A stretch of DNA of 64,000 nt, taken from contig JBBRNJ010000029.1 in the NCBI GenBank assembly GCA_038230375.1, positions 30,026 through 94,025 on the forward strand, written 5' to 3'. Made by a program: the position numbers and the translations under genes. Below, piece after piece: positions 21,135 through 30,861 of this stretch (the stretch's first letter is position 1; every line of letters begins with the position of its first letter). Source of the DNA: Polyangiales bacterium. Lineage in GTDB: Bacteria; Myxococcota_A; Polyangia; Polyangiales; Polyangiaceae. The notes under the pieces were generated by a model, which did no database searches, was not told where the DNA came from, and was given only the letters and a program-made list of their open reading frames with translations.

Positions 21135-21791
21135 ATGCTCGAACGCCGAACGCCTCCAGGATCGCGGCGCTCCCCGTGGTGGCTCGCCGTGCTCGTATGC
21201 GCATGCGGAGGCGCGAGCCCACCCGCTGCTTCGTCGAGCGCACCGCCTCCATCCACCGTGGTCGTGCCGATCGTACAGCCACCCCCGCGCGCGAAGGATG
21301 ACGAGTCCGACGCATGGGGGCCCAGCGGTCGAAACGGCAGCGCACCTGCAAGGCCGGCGGTCGAGTGCCCCGCTGGCTCGCGGTACAATGGGGGGGTCTG
21401 CGTGGTGGCGGAGGTCAGCTGCCCCGCCGGCTCCCATCGCATGCAGAATGCATGCATTGGCGACGTGACTTGCCCCTCCGGGAGCGTGTGGGACGGTGAC
21501 ACCTGCCGCCCCAGCGCGGCTTCCGCATCGAATGGAGGTGGCACACCGGGCAGCATCGCGGTCGCGCCGGGCGGGTGCTTCCTGAACATCAACTCGATCC
21601 CAGCGAGCCAGACCTTCGTCGATGGCGTCGCGCTGGGCTGGACGCCCCGCATGCGAGCCCCTGTGAGCGTTGGCTCGCACACCGTCATGTTCGTGACCGA
21701 CCAGGCGAAGAAGACGATGAGTGTCAGCTGCACCGCCGGCGAGACCAAGGCAGTTCTCACCAAATTCCAGCAGGCCGATCCGGGCTACTGA
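21135..21791 (+). CDS. Cys-rich lipoprotein with PEGA domain
   Basis: Three CP(A/S)GS repeats; LNINSIP...FVDG...G.TP PEGA signature. Confidence 0.7.
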   Translation: MLERRTPPGSRRSPWWLAVLVCACGGASPPAASSSAPPPSTVVVPIVQPPPRAKDDESDAWGPSGRNGSAPARPAVECPAGSRYNGGVCVVAEVSCPAGSHRMQNACIGDVTCPSGSVWDGDTCRPSAASASNGGGTPGSIAVAPGGCFLNINSIPASQTFVDGVALGWTPRMRAPVSVGSHTVMFVTDQAKKTMSVSCTAGETKAVLTKFQQADPGY

Positions 21792-21849
21792 GTGGCATGT
21801 CGCGTGGTGACGGCAGGACGCCGGGAAAGCTGTGGTGTACCCTGAGGTG

Positions 21850-22683
21850 ATGCGCAGGCGCGTTCTTGCATGCGTCGTTGTTGGGGTCATGAGCTTCGGT
21901 GTGGCGGTCGCATGCGGATCGTTCTCCGGTTCCGACGCGACGACACCGATCGACGAAGCAGGCGCAGTGGATGGAGCAGATGGCGGCGGAGAGGCGAGCG
22001 CGAAGGGCGCCTTCTGTGCCACGGCCGACGCGACGTTCTGTGACGACTTCGATGAATTCGCGCTTGGCGTCGGCTGGAACTCGCTCCAGACCACGGATGG
22101 CTCGTTCCTCGCGCTTGACGACGCGACCGCCACTTCGCCGGCGCGCTCGCTGGTGGCGGACAACACCATGGGCTCGACGGTGACGCCGTTCAACATCGCC
22201 CAGCTGTCGAAGGGCGTTGGGCCACCGCCGAAGCAGCTGCGATGTGAGTTCGACGTCCGCACGACCAGCGGTAAGGGTCATGCCATTCTCTGGACGTTGA
22301 ACGGCTACGGGAAGGCTGGAGACGGCTCCACCACCTACTTCAACGTGTACCTCGAATACGAGATGACGGCGCTGTCGGTTGCAAGCGCCTGGGCGAGCAT
22401 GGGCACACAAGGCAACGTGGTGACGAACCTGCCGATCGCTGACCTCAGCGAATGGAGTCGGCTGCGGATCGACATCACCCTCGACCCCGCTGGGTGCTTC
22501 GGCGAGACGCAGGTGTCGGCGATCAGCGGCCCCATGGCAACAAGGCTCGGCACAGCGCCGGTCCATACGGGCCCGGACGCGGGTTGTTCGCCGCCGACCG
22601 AAACGCAGATCGTCCTTGGGATCTCGAACGAACCTGGCTGGCGCGTGCACTACGACAACCTCGCGTGCACGTGGTCGAACTAG
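21850..22683 (+). CDS. lipoprotein, putative ConA/jelly-roll fold
   Basis: AVAC lipobox, FCDDFDE, terminal YDNL. Confidence 0.65.
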   Translation: MRRRVLACVVVGVMSFGVAVACGSFSGSDATTPIDEAGAVDGADGGGEASAKGAFCATADATFCDDFDEFALGVGWNSLQTTDGSFLALDDATATSPARSLVADNTMGSTVTPFNIAQLSKGVGPPPKQLRCEFDVRTTSGKGHAILWTLNGYGKAGDGSTTYFNVYLEYEMTALSVASAWASMGTQGNVVTNLPIADLSEWSRLRIDITLDPAGCFGETQVSAISGPMATRLGTAPVHTGPDAGCSPPTETQIVLGISNEPGWRVHYDNLACTWSN

Positions 22684-22698
22684 GCCTATACTCTCGGC

Positions 22699-23616
22699 GT
22701 GCCCAGACTCGACAAACAGCAGGCAGTTCGCGCAAAGATTCGCGTTCTTCTCTTCGCGGTCGCCGCGGCGTCCTTGGCCGTCGCGGCCGCGTGTGGTTCT
22801 TCGTCCTCAGGTGACGGCGGCTCTTCGCCTGGTGACGGCGGGCCTGGGGGCAGCAACGTGGATGGAACCGGCGGCGGCGGGGGCAACACGGACGGCGCCA
22901 CGCAGGGCTCCAGCGACGGTGGGAGCGCCGGGAAAGACGGCGGCACCAGCGGTGGAGATGGCGGCCCTTTCTGCTCGAGCCTGTCTCCGAAGCCAACCTT
23001 CTGTGCCGACTTCGATCAGGGCATGACGCAGGGCGGTTTCGACAGCATCGCGCAGGTACCCGCCGGGGCGGGGGCGCTCGCGCTCGACACGAGCGGACCA
23101 CTCTCGGCGCCCGCGGCCCTTCTCGTCTCGATCACCGCGGGCCTTGCTGACACGAGCATGGGCCGCGTGGCGTTGCTCAACAAAGCCTTCGTACCGATAC
23201 CGGCAACCAGCGTGCGCCTCACCTACGGCGTGCGGGTCTCCGCGGTTGATCCCACTGGCGGCGCGCAGCTCTCGGAGGTCGAGCTGGGCAAGGCCGCGAT
23301 CGTGGTCTACGTGACGCCCACGAAGGCGTTCGCGCAGGAGCGCGTGCCGACAGACGCCGGCGGCGCCACGTACCTTTCGTATCCGCTCTCCGTCGTGCCC
23401 GCCGCAGGTGCATGGACCAACGTGGACGTGCTCGTCGATCTGTCGGCGCGTCACTACACGATCAAGATCGGCGGCGCGCTCGCGATCGATCGCCCGCTCG
23501 CGAGCACGGTGGTCGCTGGCAAGGTCGGGGTGGCGCTGGGACTCGCGTACTACTCGGGCTCGAGCGTCGTCGCGAGCTCGGCCGACTTCGACAACGTGAC
23601 GCTCGACATGAAGTAG
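22699..23616 (+). CDS. lipoprotein, putative ConA/jelly-roll fold (paralog of 21850..22683)
   Basis: AAAC lipobox, DGG linker, FCADFD, terminal FDNV. Confidence 0.65.
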   Translation: MPRLDKQQAVRAKIRVLLFAVAAASLAVAAACGSSSSGDGGSSPGDGGPGGSNVDGTGGGGGNTDGATQGSSDGGSAGKDGGTSGGDGGPFCSSLSPKPTFCADFDQGMTQGGFDSIAQVPAGAGALALDTSGPLSAPAALLVSITAGLADTSMGRVALLNKAFVPIPATSVRLTYGVRVSAVDPTGGAQLSEVELGKAAIVVYVTPTKAFAQERVPTDAGGATYLSYPLSVVPAAGAWTNVDVLVDLSARHYTIKIGGALAIDRPLASTVVAGKVGVALGLAYYSGSSVVASSADFDNVTLDMK

Positions 23617-23918
23617 CAGCAGCGTGGGTACCTGGTAGATCCCGAGGAAACGCGGAGATCATGCAGGGAATTTTTGAGCAGGTGTGAGAGAAAAGCACTT
23701 GCTCCCACACTGTCTCCTTGATAGTGGACCGCCTCGCGTGGCGACTGGTTCGCTGGTCGCGCGAAAGGTGTCCGAGGCGCATCGCTACCAAGCGTCGTCG
23801 CGGAGGCCCCCATCAACGTTGGCTCCCATGTCGGAGCGACGTAGTGATCGCTGCGCCCAGGCGCACAAGATCCGATGGCCTCTACGACTGGAGAACGAAC
23901 AAGAACCGAGACCACGCC

Positions 23919-24371
23919 ATGTTCAAGAACAGCTTCTGCCTTGCGGGAATCGCCGCGTTGACCCTCACCATGGGCGCGTGCGCCGCACAGACCGATGACG
24001 CGCAGGACGACACCAGCGCGCAAGAGGAGCTCTCTTCGAAGGCAGCGCACTTCGAGACCTTCGAAGGCGCGAGCGGCCTGTACTACTTTCGCCTCCGCGC
24101 GAGCAACAGCCAGATCGAGCTGACCTCGGACGGCTACGGCGCCTCGAGCAGCGTGACCGCGACCATCGCTGACGCGCAATCAAGCGGGCGTTCCGTGGCG
24201 AACTACGAAATTCATCAGGCGTCCAACGGCCAGTACGCCGTGAACCTGCTGAGCTGGAACGGCACCCACCTCGCCAAGGGTGAGCTCTACGCCAGCAAGT
24301 CGAGCGCCACCCGCGCCGTGAACACCATGGCCACCGCGCTGAGCCACAAGGTCACCGTCATCGCGAAGTAG
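23919..24371 (+). CDS. YegP/DUF1508 domain lipoprotein
   Basis: MGAC lipobox; two DUF1508-like repeats (YYFRLRASNSQIELTSDGY; ASNGQY...GELYASK). Confidence 0.75.
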   Translation: MFKNSFCLAGIAALTLTMGACAAQTDDAQDDTSAQEELSSKAAHFETFEGASGLYYFRLRASNSQIELTSDGYGASSSVTATIADAQSSGRSVANYEIHQASNGQYAVNLLSWNGTHLAKGELYASKSSATRAVNTMATALSHKVTVIAK

Positions 24372-24385
24372 TACACTCGGGGTCG

Positions 24386-25129
24386 ATGCTTTTCGAAGAG
24401 TCGACCATCGAGCTTGCGACACCGACGGGAGCGATGCGGACGTACGTGTATCGTCCGCTCGCTTCCGGAGCCACCGCGGGGCGGTATCCGGGGCTCGTCT
24501 TCTATTCGGAGATCTTCCAGCGAACGGGCCCGATCCATCGCACGGCGGCGATCATGGCGGGCCACGGATTCGTCGTTTGCGTGCCGGAGATCTTCCACGA
24601 GCTCCTGCCGATCGGGACAGTACTGCCCTACGACAAGAGCGGCACCGACGCCGGAAACGCGCACAAGATCGGCAAGAGCACGGACGCTTACGACGCCGAC
24701 TCGCGCGCCGTCATCGACCATCTGCTGTCGCGCGACGACGCCAGCGGCGCTGTTCATGCCATGGGGGTCTGCATTGGCGGACACCTCGCCTATCGGTGCG
24801 CGCTCGACCCGCGCGTCCGCAGCACGGCATGCTTCTACGCGACGGATCTCCACAAGGGCTCGCTCGGCAAGGGCGGTGATGACTCGCTCGCGCGCGCTTC
24901 TGACATTCGCGGCGAGCTCATGATGGTGTGGGGCAGACAGGATCCCCACGTCGACGACGAAGGCCGCGCGAAGATCCTCGCGCGCCTGACGGAGAAGAAG
25001 GTGCGCTTCACCTGGCACGAATGGAACGCCCAGCACGCGTTCATGCGGGACGAAGGGCCGCGCTATGATCCGGCGCTCGCGCTCACCTCGGTTCGAATGG
25101 CGGTCGACCTTTTCTTGCGCCCAACATGA
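24386..25129 (+). CDS. dienelactone hydrolase family protein
   Basis: SEIF, GVCIGG nucleophile elbow, QDPH, HAFMRD. Confidence 0.9.
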   Translation: MLFEESTIELATPTGAMRTYVYRPLASGATAGRYPGLVFYSEIFQRTGPIHRTAAIMAGHGFVVCVPEIFHELLPIGTVLPYDKSGTDAGNAHKIGKSTDAYDADSRAVIDHLLSRDDASGAVHAMGVCIGGHLAYRCALDPRVRSTACFYATDLHKGSLGKGGDDSLARASDIRGELMMVWGRQDPHVDDEGRAKILARLTEKKVRFTWHEWNAQHAFMRDEGPRYDPALALTSVRMAVDLFLRPT

Positions 25130-26691
25130 CCCTCACCAAGAGCCCTCAGACGCCCGCACTGCGCTTCGACGTGGACCTCCACCAGCTCCCCGTCGCGGCG
25201 GTAGCCACGCATGACGGCGCGATCTGCGCGGTGAACGATGTGTTCGAGTCGCTCACCGGATGGAAGGCGAGCGACCTTGTCGGCAAGTCGGTGCCTGGGC
25301 TGCTCGACAAGCTGATCGCCCCCGCCGACCGCGAGGTGCTCTTCCATCTCACGAAGAATCGCGAGTCCGCGGAGCCGCAGCGCGCGGGACGTTTGTGGTG
25401 CCGCATCCTGACCACCAGCGGTGAGGAGCGGCCCATGCGCGTGGAGTGGCGTCTTGCGGACAACAACCGCGACTCGCTGGTCACGTTGATCGACGCGCAC
25501 CCCGAGGCGCTGGGCCAGGACGTGACCTCCGCGCTGGCCCGTGCGGCCGGAGCGCTCTCCCGCTGCGCGACGGAGCAAGAGGTGCTCGAGCAAGCCGTGG
25601 AGACGCTGAGTGCGCGCGGGTTCACGGCGACCGTGCTGCTCATGGACGAGGACGATCCGTGGCTTCGCTATGGCCCGAGCGCCACGCCGAACCGCCCGGC
25701 GGGCCGCCCGGTGGACCTGCCAAGACCGCCGAAGGACATCCTCACACGGCTCAATCCGTCGTTCATGAAGCGACAGGCGGCGTTCTTCCAGGACGGGATC
25801 CGACTCGTGCGAGAGGTATTTCCAGAGCCGGTCGCGGAGCGGCTGCTTCCTCTGCTGCCCGCGCAGAACATGGTGCAGGCGCCGCTGTTCGTGGACAACC
25901 TTCCCTACGGCGCGCTGGTGGTGACCAGTGACGCGCTCAATCCTCTGGTCGCGACCGCGCTGGATCTGTTCGCGGAGCTCGTGGGCAAGGCGGTCGAGAA
26001 CATCCGTCTGCGGAAGGAGCGCGTGGAGCGAGAGCGCCTCGCCGCGCTGGGTGAGGCCGCAGGCCTGATGGCGCACGAGGTTCGCAACCCCGTCGGGTCG
26101 ATCATGAACGCGCTGGTCCTGCTGAAGCGCGAGGGACACTCGTCGCCGGGCGCGCAGACATTGCTTTCGATCATCGCGGAGGAGAGCGCGCGCCTCGAGC
26201 ACGTGGTCACGCAGCTGCTAGATCTGGGCCGCCCGCTGACGCCGCGTCCGCGCAACTTTGCTCTCGAGGAGCTCTCGGAGCGGGCGACGCGCGTGCTCTT
26301 GACCCGTGGCGAGCTCGCGGGCCGCACGATCGAGATGTCGGCAACGCAGGGCACCATGGCGTGGATCGATCCAGACCTGCTGGAGCTGGCGCTCGTCAAC
26401 GTGCTGCGCAATGCCGTGCAATCGACCAGGTCGGAGGAGCGCATCCGCATCTGGATCGTGAGCACTGACACGGTCGTTCGTTGGGCCGTCGAGGACGAAG
26501 GCCCCGGCATCCCGGAAGAGGTCGCGAAGCGGTTGGGTCAACCGTTCGTGACGACGCGCGCGACGGGGACAGGCATGGGCCTCGCGGTGGTGCGCCGCAT
26601 CATGGAGGCGAGCAACGGCCAGCTCACCGTGGAGCGTGGGGCGCTCGGTGGTGCGCAGGTCACCCTGGAGCTTCCGCGCAGCAGGGAGTGA
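25126..26691 (+). CDS. PAS-domain sensor histidine kinase
   Basis: PAS (VNDVFESLTGW), H-box MAHEVRNP, N-box NVLRNA, DEGPG, PFVTT, GTGMGL; ATGA overlap with upstream gene. Confidence 0.92.
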   Translation: MTLTKSPQTPALRFDVDLHQLPVAAVATHDGAICAVNDVFESLTGWKASDLVGKSVPGLLDKLIAPADREVLFHLTKNRESAEPQRAGRLWCRILTTSGEERPMRVEWRLADNNRDSLVTLIDAHPEALGQDVTSALARAAGALSRCATEQEVLEQAVETLSARGFTATVLLMDEDDPWLRYGPSATPNRPAGRPVDLPRPPKDILTRLNPSFMKRQAAFFQDGIRLVREVFPEPVAERLLPLLPAQNMVQAPLFVDNLPYGALVVTSDALNPLVATALDLFAELVGKAVENIRLRKERVERERLAALGEAAGLMAHEVRNPVGSIMNALVLLKREGHSSPGAQTLLSIIAEESARLEHVVTQLLDLGRPLTPRPRNFALEELSERATRVLLTRGELAGRTIEMSATQGTMAWIDPDLLELALVNVLRNAVQSTRSEERIRIWIVSTDTVVRWAVEDEGPGIPEEVAKRLGQPFVTTRATGTGMGLAVVRRIMEASNGQLTVERGALGGAQVTLELPRSRE

Positions 26692-26693
26692 GC

Positions 26694-27959
26694 ATGGGAC
26701 TTCTCGACGACATCTTCGCGGAGCTCGGCGCTCGTCCGAAGACGGAAGGGCCGATGGGCAATGATCACCCGGTGATACGGCTCTCGAACGCGCTCCTCCT
26801 CCGGATGCAGCCCGAGAACGCGACGCACCTCCGCGTCGTGAGCGGCCCCGAGCCGCAGATGGACTTTCGCTCGAATGGCACGTGGGGCCATGGCCCGAGC
26901 CCGAACGGCACGCGGCCGGGAAGCAAGTCGCGCCTGTGCGCGGCCGTCGTTGCTCGGCTCGCCGAGATGGGCGGGGTCGACACGCGTGCGCCGTTCGCGT
27001 TCGGCAACATGTACCTCGTGCTCGGCCCACCGGAACAGCCGCCGCCTCGGCGAGGGCTGGAGCTGAATCTCTTCCACGCACAGATCGAGGGCGGCTCCGC
27101 GCTCGTCGTTCTGCCCGTGACAGGGGGCACGCTGCCAGAGAGCGAGCATGAGCAAGCAACGCGCGACGAGATCGGCGACGTGGTGCGGAACGGCCACCAG
27201 CTGAGGGGGACGGGACGGTGCGCCGAGTCAAAAAGCACGTTCGAACGCGCCCTGGCGATGGCCGAACAGGAGCCCTCCACATCGCCCATGTACAAGGCGC
27301 AGATCGTGGACGGGATCGCGCGCGCCCTCGAGGCGCTGGGAGAGCTTGATGCGGCGGTGGCGGCGTGGCTGCGTGCGATCGCCATTGCGGACGCTGCGAC
27401 TTGTCCCGAGAACGTGGTCAGCGTGTTTTCACGCACGGAGCTCGCGCGGCTGGAGCTCGATCGCAACGACCCGAGCGCTGCGCAGATCCATGTGGATCAT
27501 GCACGGAAGATCATGAGGGCGCTGTTCGGCGAGCGGTGCGGTTACATGGAGGCAGATTTCCAGCACGCGCGGGTCGAGCGGCTGCGCGGCGAGCACGGCG
27601 CACGGCGGTCGCTCGAGGACGTGCGGGCGCTGTCTGCGAAGTTCAAGGACGTCGTCACGGAGGCGAGCGCGGCCTACGAGCTTGGCCTGGAAGCCAGCGA
27701 GCACGGCGACCTCCCGCGCGCCGCCGCGTGCATGCGCGATGCGCTCGCGAAGCTCGTGGCTCCGCAGCCGTTCACGGCCGACATCGAGCTCGCACTGGCT
27801 CGCGTACTTCGCGCGCAGGGTCGTGATCCGGAGGCGCTGTCTCTGGTCCAACACGCAAATGAGATCATGTCGGCGCATCGCGGTCCCGAGCATCCAGAGC
27901 GCGTGAAGGCGGAGATCGAGCTCGCTCGATTCGAGAAGCCGGGCAGGCCGTACCGCTGA
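26694..27959 (+). CDS. TPR protein with PilB/GspE N2-like N-terminal domain
   Basis: C-terminal TPR-like helices; N-terminus PVIRLSNALL...AVVARLAEMGGVD. Confidence 0.6.
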   Translation: MGLLDDIFAELGARPKTEGPMGNDHPVIRLSNALLLRMQPENATHLRVVSGPEPQMDFRSNGTWGHGPSPNGTRPGSKSRLCAAVVARLAEMGGVDTRAPFAFGNMYLVLGPPEQPPPRRGLELNLFHAQIEGGSALVVLPVTGGTLPESEHEQATRDEIGDVVRNGHQLRGTGRCAESKSTFERALAMAEQEPSTSPMYKAQIVDGIARALEALGELDAAVAAWLRAIAIADAATCPENVVSVFSRTELARLELDRNDPSAAQIHVDHARKIMRALFGERCGYMEADFQHARVERLRGEHGARRSLEDVRALSAKFKDVVTEASAAYELGLEASEHGDLPRAAACMRDALAKLVAPQPFTADIELALARVLRAQGRDPEALSLVQHANEIMSAHRGPEHPERVKAEIELARFEKPGRPYR

Positions 27960-27980
27960 TCGCCTGGTAGCATGGGACTC

Positions 27981-28991
27981 ATGGGCATGAGGGGCGCGCG
28001 CTTTGCGGCAACGGTGGCAGCGACCTTCGCATGCGCCGCGCTTGCAAGCGCGTGCGCTGGCCTCATTGGTGCGGACTTCAACCACGAGGAGAGCGCAGGT
28101 GGAGGCGGAGAGGCCGGCGCGGATGGTGCCTTTGCGGACGGCAGCGTCGGCTCAGACGGCGCGCCAGTAGCCGCGGATGGCGGCACCGGGATGCTGGACG
28201 GAAAGGCCGCGGGCGACGGCTCGTCGACCATGGATGGCGCGGCGACTGGACGCAGCCCGCTCGACATCTTTGGTCCGGGCGTGCTGAAGGTCTGGCTGGA
28301 CGCCAACAAGGCGCTCTTCACCGGCGGCGGCAACCCGAACGTACTTGCGTGGAATGATCAATCCGGAAACATGATCAACGGAGGTCCTGCGGGCGCGGGC
28401 GGCGGGCAGCTCACGCGTCTGACGAAGGACGTGAACGGCCTGCCGGCGGTCCAGGTCGACGGTGACGCACTCTCGCTCGGCGCGAAGTCGCCCGGCATCG
28501 TCGCCACGGACGACTTCTACATCGGGATGGTCGCGCGGTATCAGACGCTCGGCGGCTCGCAGGACCGCTTCTTCTTCTCCCGGTTCTCCGCCGCGCCGCA
28601 TGGCTACGCGCTCTACGCCGGGTCGACTGGAAGCAGCGCGGCGGCCGGGACACTGGACGTTGTCGGCATCACGCAGAAGTCAGCGGACACCACCACGGCG
28701 GACAACAACTATCGCGTCTATGCGCTCCGTCGAACGAACAGCAACAGCGGCGGAAACGTCACGATGGAGGTCCGCGTGAACGGCGTGGTCACCAGCGTGG
28801 CGGTGCCGAACGGTGTCGCCGTGACGGATCCGAATCGACCGCTGCTCTTCGGAGGTTCGCTAAAGGGCGCTGCGCTGGACCGCTTCATGTTCGGAGCATT
28901 CGCCGAGATCGTGGTCCTTCAGGGCACGGTGTCAGACCAGAGCGTGGTGGAACTGGAGACGAATCTGCGGGCAAAATACGCTCTTCCGTGA
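27981..28991 (+). CDS. lipoprotein with LamG/ConA-like domain
   Basis: ASAC lipobox; LKVWLDA...WNDQSGN...NGLPAV...AEIVV...LRAKY pattern. Confidence 0.7.
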   Translation: MGMRGARFAATVAATFACAALASACAGLIGADFNHEESAGGGGEAGADGAFADGSVGSDGAPVAADGGTGMLDGKAAGDGSSTMDGAATGRSPLDIFGPGVLKVWLDANKALFTGGGNPNVLAWNDQSGNMINGGPAGAGGGQLTRLTKDVNGLPAVQVDGDALSLGAKSPGIVATDDFYIGMVARYQTLGGSQDRFFFSRFSAAPHGYALYAGSTGSSAAAGTLDVVGITQKSADTTTADNNYRVYALRRTNSNSGGNVTMEVRVNGVVTSVAVPNGVAVTDPNRPLLFGGSLKGAALDRFMFGAFAEIVVLQGTVSDQSVVELETNLRAKYALP

Positions 28992-29136
28992 GCTGCCTGC
29001 ACGCTCCCACCTGCACGCACGAGCGCGTCGGAGCACTGGTTCGCCCATGAACCAGGGCGCGGCGGAACGGGGACCCGAACGCCTTTCACAGCCGAAAATG
29101 CCTAGTGCGTGAGTGGAAAGTCGGTACGATTATCAT

Positions 29137-30048
29137 GTGGCGGCTCTCTGGCGTAACGGTGTGTTGGTGCTCGCGGCGTGCGCGGCGGCCTTCGGCTGTT
29201 CGCTCGAGTCGGGGTACACCAGCGATCCCACGGAGCAGACCTCGAACAACGTGAACAAGGCCACGGGCGACGCGGGCACTGGTGGTGGTGGCGGCGGTGG
29301 TGGTGGCGGTGGTGGTGGCGGCAATGACGGCGGCGAGGGCATCGCGCCGAACCCCGACGCTGGCAACGTGACGAAGAGCACGTTCTGCATGACGGACGCT
29401 GGCGGTGCGCTGCTCGCATGCGATGACTTCGACGAGTCGACGACCCTTGCGTCGAACTGGGGCAAGGACGAGCAGGGCGCGGGGAGCATCGTGCTCGACA
29501 GCATGGGGGCGAAGTCCGCGCCCAACTCCGTCATCGCGACGCTCCCGGCGCACGCGACGAACTACATCTATCACGACGTCGGGCTTCAGACGGGCGCCGG
29601 CAACGGCGCGTTCGCGATGGAGTTCGACCTGAACACCACGGCGGACCTCAACGCGAGCGGGAGCAACATCGCGAACAACTACGCCTGCGTGCTCCAGGTC
29701 CCTTCGGACCAGCGCGAGTACGCCTCGTTCTGCTTCGGCAAGACGGAGGCGGCGGCATACATCAACACGTTCAACGGCTCGGGCACGCTGACCACCACGA
29801 AGGTCCCGATGTCCGTCACCATGCCTCAGGGCTCGTGGCACCACTTCCGTGTGTTGTTCACGTTTGCGTCGGCAGGCTCGCTGTCTGTCGAGATGGACGG
29901 CGCGAAGGTGGGCGGCGTGTCCGGAATCCACACCGCCGACACGAAGGCGACGCTCCAGTACGTCTACCCCGAGATCGGCCTCGAGACGGACGGCCAGTGG
30001 GGCAACACCACCGCGCGCTTCGACAACGTGCGCCTCACGCAGCTCTGA
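29137..30048 (+). CDS. lipoprotein, putative ConA/jelly-roll fold
   Basis: FGC lipobox, poly-Gly, ACDDFDE, terminal FDNV; GTG start chosen from -10 spacing. Confidence 0.65.
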   Translation: MAALWRNGVLVLAACAAAFGCSLESGYTSDPTEQTSNNVNKATGDAGTGGGGGGGGGGGGGGNDGGEGIAPNPDAGNVTKSTFCMTDAGGALLACDDFDESTTLASNWGKDEQGAGSIVLDSMGAKSAPNSVIATLPAHATNYIYHDVGLQTGAGNGAFAMEFDLNTTADLNASGSNIANNYACVLQVPSDQREYASFCFGKTEAAAYINTFNGSGTLTTTKVPMSVTMPQGSWHHFRVLFTFASAGSLSVEMDGAKVGGVSGIHTADTKATLQYVYPEIGLETDGQWGNTTARFDNVRLTQL

Positions 30049-30112
30049 CCCGTGGCGTGAGCCTGGCGGGCGCGTATGGCAAGCGCGACCAAGGTGAGCT
30101 CGTCGCAGTGAA

Positions 30113-30772
30113 CTAGTAGGTGGTGAATGAGGTGCGGCGTAGCGCGCCGCTGGTCGTCGCGGTCGTGAGGCTGAGGGCGGCCTCGAACGACGTGGGCATC
30201 GTGTCGCCGAAGTAGACGACATCGAAGCTGCGGTCGACTGCGCTGTTCCATGCGTGGAACGAGAATGCGCCGCCACCCGCGTCCACGATCTCGTAGGTGA
30301 ACGTGGCGGCTGGATCCGCGGTGAACCCGCTTCCGTGCGCCGTGAGGTTGCCGCAGGTCGCGGCGCGCGCGGCGGGGTTGTTCATGAGGGTCGGATCGCC
30401 GATGAGGATGACCGAGTCACCCGGCGGGCACAGGGCGCTGGATGAACCGTCGCAGGCGATCCAGAGCCCACGTACGCCCAGCTCGAGCGCACCCGCGTTG
30501 TCCCACACCGCGGCCTCCGGCGGCGCACCCTTGCAGATCGCGGGAGGCGGTCGCGTTGGCTGCTGGGGGCTCGTCTGACCTGGCTGCTCGGGCGGCGCGG
30601 TGCCGGCGGCGGAGGGCACAGGCGGGGCCGACGAAGCTCCCGATGCCGTCGGGCTCTCGGCTGTCCCGGACGACGGGTCGGCGGCGGGCGAGGAGGGATC
30701 GGCGGCGATCTGGCCGCATCCACCTGCGAGAAGCCCAAGGACCATGGTCAGTCGACCCGAAGAAACGTGCAT
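30113..30772 (-). CDS. hypothetical lipoprotein
   Basis: LAGGC, Pro/Ser linker, Cys-containing domain; start uncertain. Confidence 0.55.
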   Translation of the reverse strand: MHVSSGRLTMVLGLLAGGCGQIAADPSSPAADPSSGTAESPTASGASSAPPVPSAAGTAPPEQPGQTSPQQPTRPPPAICKGAPPEAAVWDNAGALELGVRGLWIACDGSSSALCPPGDSVILIGDPTLMNNPAARAATCGNLTAHGSGFTADPAATFTYEIVDAGGGAFSFHAWNSAVDRSFDVVYFGDTMPTSFEAALSLTTATTSGALRRTSFTTY

Positions 30773-30861
30773 GTTGCCATCGCTTGGGAAGAGCGGAGGC
30801 ATCTCGTCACGAAAACGACCGCGGCCCAAGGAGACAGTGTCTACGAACGTCCCAATCACCA

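Noticed and set aside
19206..22262. 1018-aa minus-strand ORF
   Set aside because: Antisense shadow of three well-supported plus-strand genes; Arg/Ala/His-rich with no motifs, typical of high-GC DNA
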